Assembly (NCBI RefSeq): GCF_004010195.1
Contig: NC_057750.1
Span: 3,773,450-3,837,449, forward strand
Length of the DNA: 64,000 nt
DNA from: Chiloscyllium plagiosum
Taxonomy: Eukaryota
Direction of reading: 5' to 3'
Of the stretch, positions 32,324 through 44,300 are shown one piece after another. Position numbers and translations under genes: made by a program. The stretch's first letter is position 1. Each line of letters opens with the position of its first letter. A model generated the notes under the pieces. That model was not told the origin of the DNA, ran no database searches, and saw only the letters and a program-made list of their open reading frames with translations.

Positions 32324-35300
32324 CTGAAAAAGCAAAGGAGACAGTGTAAGGAACAATTCATTACTTAGCAGGTTTATAATCGTAAACTCTGGACAGGACA
32401 TAGCAAGAACTAAGGAATGATAGCAATGTATAAGCTAACTTCCCCATGAACATTCACTATTCCCCCCCCAGTGTCTCATAATACATACTGTCAAATACTC
32501 TTCTACTGATGTTATTAGAGCAGAAGGAACAAAGCTACAGCACTGCAGCTCTCCCAAATGCACGGAGGGACCACTACAAGTTGACTATACTGTTGCAATG
32601 TTTCAAAAAAATAGCAATGGAGTGACCCAATGGTGGGTGATACCAGCCAAAGGATCAGCAGAGGACATAGAAAATTGTATTTAAGCTTCTTGAAAACATA
32701 ATACAGAAAGTCAATTCTGTATTCTAAATGGAACAAAGCAAATATAACTTTACCTCAGTACCAAAACTTAAAAGCAGTTAACGCAAAATACTTTGCCACA
32801 GTGAAGTAAAGATCAGAGCTGCAGAGCAGTGGAATTAATTAGGTCCACTAAAGATGCAATACTTTGAACAGTGTACATTTTGACACTTCATTTTTCAAGT
32901 CGATTCTATTAGATTGATGAGGAATGTGCTCTTCAGACACTGAAATGTGTCCAGTCTCAATCTGCAGACTTGCATAGCACCACAAATTAATGTTCTCTAA
33001 TGAAGCATCATTTAGTTACACCCTCATACCCTTTTAAAACAAAAACAATTTTAGAAACAGAAATCCAGCTAAGCAGGGGCTAAATTTACATTTTACTGCA
33101 CTGCTGAATACCTGTGGCGTCTTGGCTCCTCAATCAATTGGACCCTCCGGCCACTGATTTCTTTTCCATCCAGTTTATCAATTGCATTTTTCAAATCACT
33201 GTAAGAGGCGAACTCCACAATACTGTTAGGAATAAAAAAGCCCAGATTAGGACAGTAATATGGGATAACAACAACTTTGAAACAAGGAAAATTTCTATTT
33301 GCACAACTGTTGTGAAATTTAACAGCACTTCAGATTAAAATTTAAACTATTACGGCTTAATGTTAAGTGATGGTTTTAATTCAGCATAAATCTTTTCAAC
33401 CTTTGTCATTTCCCTCAACTCCATGCTTAGGTCTCCAATTTTGATTTCATTCTTCCAATGGTCTGTTTCTATGCTTGTACAGCTCTATAACTGTCACAAA
33501 CCTACCCAATCAGAAGTGGCAAGCCAGAAGATAATAGGCTCTTCTCCCCACCCAGTTACCCTCAAAATCTAAAGATTCACTTTAGTCCCATTTCTTGCAG
33601 CAGAATCCAGATGGATAAAATTCTTACATCTGCCCTGACATCATCTCCCTCATCATCAACACTGCCTGATGCTGTCAGACTGCTTGTTCAACATTCAGGC
33701 TCTGATAAAGCATAATCTCCTCCAGATGGGTATTGGAACACCAAAGCTGTTGTCACAAATACCAGACCCTTGCTTATGACTTTATTCTCCTCCCTGGTCG
33801 CTTAGACTGAACCAGCACAAGATGAGAGTCCTATCCAACTGCACTGAACATCCAAGCTTATACTATACCAGTTTTATTTCAAGGACAATCTACTCCAGAA
33901 AGATGATTTTTTTTCAGCCCCCCTTCAGACTCAACCTTCCTCACAGGGAAATAAACTGATGACTAAAAAATTCATTTCCAACACTTCCCAAAAATCTACT
34001 ATTCTGACCAAAGATTTGACCACCATTTGATATCAGACAGGGTCATTATGAAGCGTTTGTAACATTTTTGTATAACAGATTACGTTAAATGTGCACAGGA
34101 TGACATTGTAACAGTGATGATGCCTATTCAGATGCTCATACCTGACTGGTCAAATTTCAGGTTCATGATCACAATGGAAAACATTGGTAAGGTAACTAGC
34201 AGATTGCCACTTTCCTTACAATTGCTTTTACTGTTGTCTTACCCTTCATTATTATGGACTCTGTGAGCATCAGTGAAGGTCACTTCACCAGCCTGGCGCA
34301 TGATGTCCTTCAGATCCTACAAACAGGAAAATCCTTTCAGACGTAATCCAGAAAGAAACCTTACACTGCAAAATCATATCAGTTACAACAGTCTCAGAAT
34401 TGGGATGTCATGCTATAGGGCTTACTTTGACTAAGTAAATGACAGCATGGGTGAGCAGTTGCACGTAGTGTTTACCACTCGCTTATAGCTTACCCAGAGC
34501 TCTACCCATCAGTTTAAATAATTGACACCTGCCTGGTAACAAAACTAGACCTAAACTTCCTTTAACGATTTTCCAAAACAGAAGACAAAAAATCCAGCAC
34601 ACACATTATGTATTGTCCAAGATGACTAAGTTGGAAAAATTGCTACAATTAATCGGGACTCAAAACTCAATGGTCTGAATAAAATTCAAAAGTATTATTC
34701 ATAACTGCCACAATCACCAGGATTCTTTTGATTCATGTTCAACCAAACAAGGAAAATAATAATTTGGTTGGTGACAGCTTTAATCACTTATAAAAATTCA
34801 ATTGTCACAAAAGGGAAGTAGTGAAAAATCCCTTTCCAAACTTGTCAATGAAGTAGCAGTCTACAAAGAAAACTACTGCTGCGTTTTGTGCACTTTTTCA
34901 ATATCACTAGTAGCATTTTCAAACCACCTTTACTCATTTAAACTTTGTCAGGGTTAGAAAGGGAGATCTAAGCACTTTGTTTCCATTTCCTTCATGCTAC
35001 GTGCTTCACTGGTTTCCTGTAGAAATTAATGCCAGCTTTTGCCTCAATCCACATAGCCGCTAAATCAGTAAGACATGCAATGATCATATCAGGGGACCAT
35101 TGATCCCTGGAAGCATAAATATTGTAGTAATATGAACAATATCATGACATCCCTATTCAACACATTAAAAAGTTAATACATTTTAATTAGCGCTGGGTTA
35201 CCCAAACAATTAGTTTTAGGCAACCATCCATGCCCTATATGATGCATCTAAGCAATGGGTGCACCCACTCAATACAATACCCTCTCGATACAGCTTCTTG

Positions 35301-38300
35301 GGACATGGCCCTCCCTCAGTGGCACCGAATGTGCCTGCCACCCTGGGTAAAGTACCACCAATAATCATGGGTTGTGTGAAGGCTCGGACACCTCACAAGT
35401 CAATCTCCTGCCAAGCCTCCAAGCGAGATCGACACGGTTTTTTTTTCCTTACACCAGGACTGGGGATGCGACAGGTGTCGATGCCATCGGTGACCCTAGG
35501 ATCAGTACAACCCAGAACCCGCGTCCAGCTGCCTGAATAATCGTGGGAGCCGACTGGCAAATTAGTCAACACGGGACCTTTTCCAGATACCGGACGCGAC
35601 AACACGAGTAAAGGGAACTCCTGGTCAAAATGCGAATGACCTCACGACAAGCTGCTAAACAAAGGTTTTCAAATTTAGTCAAATAGTCATTTATTTCCAA
35701 TCAAACAATATTAAGCCATCAGATTTACATACAGTCTATATTCACAGTTAAATTGGCTTCTCCATTAATATTTTATATCAGAAATATAATGGCAATTCAT
35801 ATTACATTGGTGCAGAATACCATTAGATTTCATCAATATTTAATTTGTGTCTCCCTAGATCATACTTTCACAAAAATAACCCAAAAATAGAAACATCATG
35901 CAACATTCTGCGCGGGTATTATCCATATACTATTTTCTTAAAATGGACCATCCACCTGGCAGAATACAGTTAACACAACAATCAGAACAGTGGGCCTAAG
36001 TCTGGGTGCAGAGCACAGACTGACATCAGGAAGCATTCCCTCCAAGTGACCAATACCTTGAATGCTCTTCTCAGAGACAGCAAAATTTCTCCTGTTGTGC
36101 AAGCCATTAAACATTTACTGGGAAGTCTGAGGACAAGGTGGTAACAAAGTGGGACAGAAAGCACAGGGGGAAATGAAAAGCAGAAGATTCCTCGGAACTT
36201 ACTCTTAATATGGTGCATCAAGACGAAATCCGGACTCAATTATCTCACGTCTAATTGCCAATTTTAATACAAACCGTACATACCAAGTGGCAGATAGGAA
36301 GACGTCAAATTGTGTGCACTGATTGTGAAAATGGACATCCATATGCAGGATAGCATTTGAGACAAAGGTACAATTATGCAAATGAACTGAAAACATAGGT
36401 GACGCAGTATAAATGGTGCTTTACCACATTATCACAAGCAAAGTAGATTAGGCTAATCCTCTGCTGTCATCAGTATCCTGCCACAGGAGTTTGGATGAGA
36501 TTCCAGCTCTATTCTATAGAATGCTTTATCAGGGTGCCGTAAGCCACTCGATCAAAGACGTCAACAAAATCTTGCAGCAAATTTCTGATCTTCTGGTCAT
36601 AAACACCTTACTAAAAAAAATCCAGAGAAAGTGTCCAAGCAATTCATGTAGGGAATGTAAGCACTCATTCCAGAAGCCACAGATACAAAGTCCACTGAAC
36701 AATTTAAGGGAGAGATTCTTGCTTGAAAAACAAGCATTAAGAGACCAGGATTAAACATGGTCTAAGCTGTCAACGTTGATCAAATTCCAGTGTGGTCTCG
36801 ATAGATGTATTCCAATTTCCATACAATATTTACACAAATAAACAGTCAACATGCAGGTTAAAGCAGGCTATGGGTTATATTTATGAAGTTATGACCCATG
36901 TGCATTTGACCCATGTCCATGTAAGCACACATATCTAAGTTTATTAAGTTTGGTAAATTCTTACTTTTTTGGAACATTGGAATATCTGCACCCACCTGCC
37001 AGCTAACACGGGAAGATAGATTCTTCACAATCAAACGGTAGTCCGTACGAACAGGAGGTCCATATCTGAAAATTCAGAAGTAGCAACTTATTGCAAGTAA
37101 CAAAATATAATAACTGCATCACCAACACTGCTGCATATTAATCGCCAAACATGAAAGATACAAAAAACTAACAGTCGAGGCTCAACTCTAAATCACTGTC
37201 GAATCCATTACCTCCACTGGAGATACAGGCCCTAGTCTCTGCCTCAAGGGTCTGGATTGGGGCAGGTAAAACCATCAAGGTTTGTGCTCTCAGATGTTGC
37301 AGCCAAGGTCTTCATTTAATAATCCATCATTAAGGTGGTGGCAAGCTTTAATAGCTCCACTCTACCAAGGAAGACCCTGCTCAATTCATAAGACAAAGTA
37401 GCTCAGACATCAGATGGGCTAAATTCATGAATACATTACAAAAGGTTCTCTGTACTGGGAAGTGGCTAAGCCACTAGTAGCAGAGGTGATGCAAGGTAAC
37501 AACTGCAGAATGATTGGCCATAATCTGTCAATATTTCCACAAATTATAAATAATGATACAATTACAGTAAATGACAGTTTAACTGGAGTGGCAGAAAGCT
37601 TCTTAGAAAGTATAATGCAGGACAGGACAAACTGATGCACACTGTCTCATTACGTAACAGACATTTAGATCAAATTGTGACTAAGTAGACAAAATGGTTG
37701 ATGAGGCTAATGCAGTTGATGTGATGCACACCGACTCCAAAAGACATTTGATGAAGTGCCACATTGGTGAGCTTGACAGTAAAGTTGAAATCTATGGAAT
37801 AAAAGGATCAGGGACAGCACAGGTGAAGTTGGTAGAGTGTCTGGGAATACTAGTAGACGGTGATTTCTTAGGAGGGAGAAAGTATAAGTGGTATTTCATG
37901 TGGTCAGTATTACTTTCGCTGCATTTCGCGATCTACATTAAATCTCTCAGATTTGGACGCAAAGGATAATTTCAATACCACAAAATGATACAACTCAAGT
38001 TTTGTGAACTGCCAGAAGAGTGATAAACTCAGGACATAGGCCGGTGGAAAGAGCAGTCACGTGCTAGTGAAATATATTGTTCAGAATTACAAAGTGATTT
38101 AGCTTGGTTGAGTGCAGGACAGGCAATATAATAGGCAGGAACAAAAAGATTGGGTGTGAGCATCTACAAACCACGAACTTGGCAGGGCAGTTTGAGAAAA
38201 TGCTTCTAAAAGCAGCATATATGAAATCCTGGATTTTATAAACATAGGCACAGAGGTTAAAAACCAACTTCACAAAACATGTTGGTTCCACCTCAACTGG

Positions 38301-41300
38301 TGCTCAGAATTGGACACTTTCCGAAGTATGAGAAGGCATTGAAGTTGCAGCATAAAAAATTTTCAAGCATGGTTCTAGGGACAAGAAACTTTAATTTCAA
38401 GAGCAATTTGGAGAAGTTGGGGATAATTTCCTTTAAAAGGTTAAGTAGAGATTTGACAGAGGTATTCGGGGGATCTGTAGTCCGTGTGGACGACAGATTC
38501 AGTAGTGGCTTTCATAATGAATTGAATAACGAATACAAGGGAAAATACTTGTTGGGCTACAGGGTAAGAGAACCATTGTTACTCTTGCCTTGTTGGGCTA
38601 CAGGGTAAGAGAACCATTGTTACTCTTGCAAGAGGAGAAAGTGAGGACTGCAGCTGCTGGAGATCAGAGCTGAAAATGTGTTGCTGGAAAGGCGCAGGTC
38701 AGGCAGCATCCAAGGAGCAGGAGAATAGATGTTTCGGGCATGAGCCCTTTCCTGAAGAAGGGCTCATGCCCGAAATGTTGATTCTCCTCCTCCTCGGATG
38801 CTGCCTGACCTGCTGAGCTTTTCCAGCAACACATTTTCAGTTTTACTCTTGCAAGAGTCAGTACTAACCCGATGGGCCAGTTGGACTCGCTCTGTGCTGT
38901 AACCATTTATGAGTCAATGATTGAGCTCCCACAACCTTGCTGGAAATCAATCTACAGAAAACCCAGCCCGGTCACAGCATAGCAGTGAAAGTCCATAAGG
39001 TGAAGAATGGTCAGTTTGAATAGACTGTCGAGTTCTGAAGTTGAGGGAAAGGGAAAATAGCAATTCAACTTCCAAATATCATCCAAAGCTCAAAATGCTG
39101 GATGCACTCAACAAAGCTTCAACAGAGAGGGAGAGCAGAATTTCTCAAACCAATAAACTTCCATCAGAAAGACAATACGTTACGAGATGTACAGCACGCA
39201 GAGGTAGGAAAAGGACAGAACAAGAGAGAAAAGGAAGAAAAGACAGCCATGATAGTTCAAGGTAAAAGGCAAACATGAGGAGAACAGCAGAGAACAAGGG
39301 ATGAGTTTGCAGGGGACATGTAGATTGTTAAAGCAGAATGCTACAGGGTGTGGGAACATGTGAAGGAGAAGCTATGTGCATGCAACAGTGTATATTTGCA
39401 CCATGTTTGGGTATTTTGAGATGGGGGAGGGGGGGGGCGGAGAACAGGGATAGGAAAGCAGTCAGCTAGACTCTGGGCAAGGTTCTCCCTGCTGATTGCA
39501 CAAATATGTGCCAGTGTTGTGGTGAATGTACTATTCCAATACACAATCTGCAATACTACTCCATTAGTATTTAAAACACCTCCCAACATTTTGTTTAATA
39601 AATTATTGTATTTAAGCCTCTTTATCCTTACCCAGTTTTCCCCAACCCATCCCATTTACCTTAGTCCACTGCTTCGCTCACTTCTGGGGCGGTAATAGTT
39701 AAACCTTCCACCAAACCTGCCCCCTCCTCTCCGAGGTGGTGCTTTTGCAAGCTCCACAGTGATCCTAGAGAATATTAAAGGAAATTCAGAAAACAAAACT
39801 GCACACAAATCAGGCAAGACAATCTTGAAATTTTACAGTACATAAGCTTTTGCAAACAGAATCCTTAAAAACGAAACCAAACATTTATTCAGTCCCCGGA
39901 TAATCACTGGGTCAGCTTGCATTCACTGCCCATTCTTAGATGCCCCTTGAGAAAAATGACAGTTTTGTGCCACTACAGATCTTATAGGTACTGTTATGAA
40001 GGGAGTTCAGAATTTGGACCCAGTGACAGTGAAGGTACAACGATATATTTCCTAGTCAGGAAAGCATGTGATGTGGAGGAGAACTTGCACCTGCTGGTTC
40101 TACCCTTCCAAAAAGCAGAACCCACATATTTAGAAGACGCTGTTGCAAGAGCCTTCATGCATCACTGTAGTTCACCTTGTATTGATGCACCATAATGCCA
40201 CTGCACACCAGCGGTAGAGGGAGTGAACGTCCAAACCAGTGGATTGGTGATCAAACAGGCTGCATTTCTCAAACAGGCTGCATTTCTTCAATTGTGCCAA
40301 GCTTCAACAGGTGGAGCTGCACGCCTTCACACAAGTAGAATGTATTTTAACTCACTCCTGATGTGTGCATGTAAACAGCAGACAGATCTGGAGAGTCCAG
40401 AAAAATGCTATGTACTGCAGAACTTCTAGCTTTGACCTGTTCACGCAACCATAGTATTTACATGCTAAGTTGAGCTGAGTTTCTGGTCAATGGCAACACC
40501 CAGGATGTTGCCATTGCGGGTTTGGCAGCTGTAATGACAATGTCATGGAGAAGTTTAGATTCTTCCTTGTGAAATATTCACTGTGCCACATAATGTTATC
40601 TACTACTACTGACGCACACCTTAATGCCTGGCTTCAAATCAACATGAAATGCCTCATTACCAAAAGCAGTGAAGAGTGAACATTTTGCATTCAGTGAACA
40701 TGCACACTTGTGACCGTATGTCTGAGCGAAGGTGAATGACAAAGCTGCTAAAACAGATGACCCAAGAACGTATGCTAAGGAACTCCTCCAGTGCCATTGC
40801 CTGGACTGAAAGTGATTGACTAACAAGCATGTTCCTTTGCACTAGACATGACAAATCATTAGAACATTATCCCCTTGATCTACACAGACTTCAGTTTTCC
40901 TACAATCCTTGACATTACACTTGGTGAAATGCTACCATGTCGTCAAAGACTGTCACTCACGTCAAGTTCAGTTCTTCTGTGCATACTTGGACCAAGGTCA
41001 TTATGAACTGAGTGAATCTGATAAATTGAGTAGCGAGCAGCTTATTGCTGAATGAGTCACTTGATGAGCACTCAATGACCCTATCACTTTGCTAATGATC
41101 AGAGTAGTTTAATAGGGTTGTAACTGGCTACTTGGATTTGCCCTGCTTTTAGAAGACCAAACATAGCTGGGTAATTTTCCACATTGGTGGGTAAATGCCA
41201 GTGCAAATATTGTACTGAAATGGTTTGGCTAAGGACAAAGCCAGTTTTGGACCTCAAGTCTTCAGTACTATTCTGAATAGTGGCAGGGAACATAGCTGGT

Positions 41301-44300
41301 GCAGTATCCAATTTCATCAGCTGTTTCTTTGTATTGTGGTTGAAGGTGGTCACAAATGCTTCAGGCTTTTCTCTTGCATGTGTTAAATAAAGTTTCTTAA
41401 ATCAGGTACAACAGTAATAAGGATGCCTTTTAACGAGAATTTGATAGGTCCTCATGCATTTTGAAATAATTACATTCCTAAAATGAGGGACCCCTAGAAG
41501 GAGCTCATTTATTGAAGTTATCAAGTCCAAAAACTACAAAGATTGGAAGATCCCGATCCCACACCAATGAGTAAGAACAAATTACTGCAGATGCTGGTAT
41601 TTATACTGAAGAAAAATGCTCAAGATCACAGCCGGTCAGACAACGTCCACCGAGAGAGCAATCTAAAGTTGAATTTAGAGGACTCTTCATCAGCCCTGAA
41701 GCTTCAATGTAAACACATACTTTAGAAATTTCAACTGAAAACCCATGCTTTGCCCATGTAGCAATTTCATGAAAATTTTTAATAAAACAGGATTCACATC
41801 TTTCACTACTGATCTTGGAATTAGAACACTGTGCAAAATACACTTGCACTTTTTAGCCAATTCAGATTTAATCAAGAATAACAGACATGAACTTTTTTTG
41901 GACTAATGAAAATCAACCCCCAACATTTAATCATTGTCCTTGACTTACAAACATGAATAATGAAATTGAGGAATTTGCTGAAATTTACTACAATCCTAAA
42001 GAGTTGAAGGCTGATGGAATATGCACAAGATTCAACCTCCTCTTCCTCCACATCATACGTGCATTGATTATTCTGACTGTTGAAAAACCTACCTCTCCCG
42101 GAACAGTTCCTTCCCATTCAGCTCATAAACTGCATCATCAGCATCCCGGGCATCATCAAATTCCTAAACAAGGATAGCAAGAATCCAATTTATTAAAAAA
42201 AGTTAAATAATTTTATGAATGGTTTCACAAAATCACAGCTTGCATACCAGAGTCAATCCAAGGGAGAGGAGCTCAAATTCTACTGAGACCAAAAATAAAA
42301 AATTCAGAAGCTGGGCCATTGTGAAAATAACCAGCTCAGAAACATCCTTCACAAGGGAATACACCGCCTTGTCTTTTTTGTACTCGAGTCATCATTTTTG
42401 AAAGTCAACAAATTACAAGCAATATTCACAGGCAGAGAACAAGTCAAAAAACATTGTTAATTCAGGGAACAACTTTACTGCAGAAAACAGTAGTACGCTT
42501 TGTCATTGTTTCTTTCGTACATGACTAACCAACCCAAGACCCAGACTGTTTAATAGCCCTTTTACTGCCACTGACATCAAAATCCGCTGTACCATGCAGT
42601 GAAATTCCATTTCCCCAAAGGAACATGCAGCTGCAATCTAGTCTTAAGTTATAGTCTTAGTGGGTAACATTAGAGAAAGATCTAACTACATATTCTAATT
42701 AAGACTGTTTGCATCACCACAAAAGCAGTCAGGACTAATCATTAAAATCTCAAACTTAAGAAAATTCACTGAAAGGAAAGATGGACAAGGCTGATTTACA
42801 TATCATTGCCAACTCTCCGTTAGGCATGACAAATCATTGAAACTGTTGATGCTAGGTTTGTATCCAGATGAAGTGAAATTTACTTTCAAAAATGATTAGT
42901 AAAATCACTGAACGTAAATGCTTATTGCCATCATGGACTCAAGTTATAAAAACAAACATTTCACATTAATGCTCATGGTAAACAAGAATCATGAGTTAAA
43001 ATATTCAGAACGCCTACATTTCTGCATTACACTGGCATTAAGAACTTCACGTTCTCCAGCACCATTAATAGTATTAAAAAATAAATTGAAGTGTTCGAAG
43101 CTCAGACAAGATTTTTAAAGTTTTGTTACACGTACCTGGAAGACCACAGCAAATTTACATTAATTGTTTTGCACTGGTTATCTGGGAAAGAACCACTGCA
43201 GGCCTTATAATTATGCTTAGAGCGGTTACAGAGAGAGCTCCAAAGTGATGACCCAAGGTTATTCATCTAGATTAGGACAACATTCAATTCACAGAGAAGC
43301 TAGAATGCCCTGGCACTTCCCTATGCTGCAGAGTCCTTGGATGCGGAAGGTCAGACAGTCGGACAAGATTTTCAAATGAACTGCTACCATGCATCCATAT
43401 AGATTGGAAGTGCTGCAATGGCAAGAGAGATCCTCCATCTTGATGGTATTGTGCTGTTTATATTCTTGCAATGATCCAGATAATGGATTATTCACCACAC
43501 TGCTACATAGGCCTGATGGATAGTGAGTAAACCCTAAAAGGATTAGCAACTCGGAATACCCATTATTTTATATCTTTGTGGTATAACAGTTAGTCCAGTC
43601 CATATCTGGTAACATCCACTGCCCCAGATCTGGAGCAACTGATGTTGCATTAGCTGAAGATTACAGAAGCATGTTCCAAGCCCCTAACAGCCCAATTCGA
43701 GTAACCAGTTTTCCTACAGCCATACAAGCATTTAATTAACCAAAGGGTTATGAACTGAGCTTAACACCCAAAATGGCAGCAGGAACATGGGAAGAACAGC
43801 ACTTAAAACTCTGAACTCTCTCCCTGAGAGCACTGTATGTGTACATCCCCATGGACTGCTATGGTTCAAGGCAACTCATTGCAACCACCTAAAGGACAAC
43901 TAGGAAGGGACAAGAAATACTGGATTAGTTAGTGTCACCCAAATCCCAAGGAAGAACAAAAACCACCTCATTCGCAATCTTACGAAGGAGGACGAGCTGC
44001 TCCCCTGCAATAATATCCTAGCAACTAGTGTCAAGTCAACTACAAACATTCTACCAGATAGTACTCTAGCTATGGAAATTATTTTTTTAGTTTGGCTGCT
44101 GCAAGGGTGCCATGGTATCATTTATTTCAATGTTACTCCGACCTTGCCTTTTGCACATTGACAACAGGATCCAAATTGTGACAGAATCTAGCAGAACCAA
44201 AAAGGAAGGCAGAAACTGATGTCACTATTAGTGATTGTGAATGGGCAAATATGGATGCAATTGATTGTTTTAACTCAACACACTATGCCAGTCTTCAATG

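Noticed and set aside
34080-34150. C/D-box-like motifs (GTGATGA...CTGA)
   Set aside because: On the strand antisense to the host gene, with spacing too short and no clear terminal stem.
35259-35605. ORFs of 70-93 aa in SRSF5-like intron 5
   Set aside because: No domain signature; better explained as a conserved non-coding or poison-exon element.
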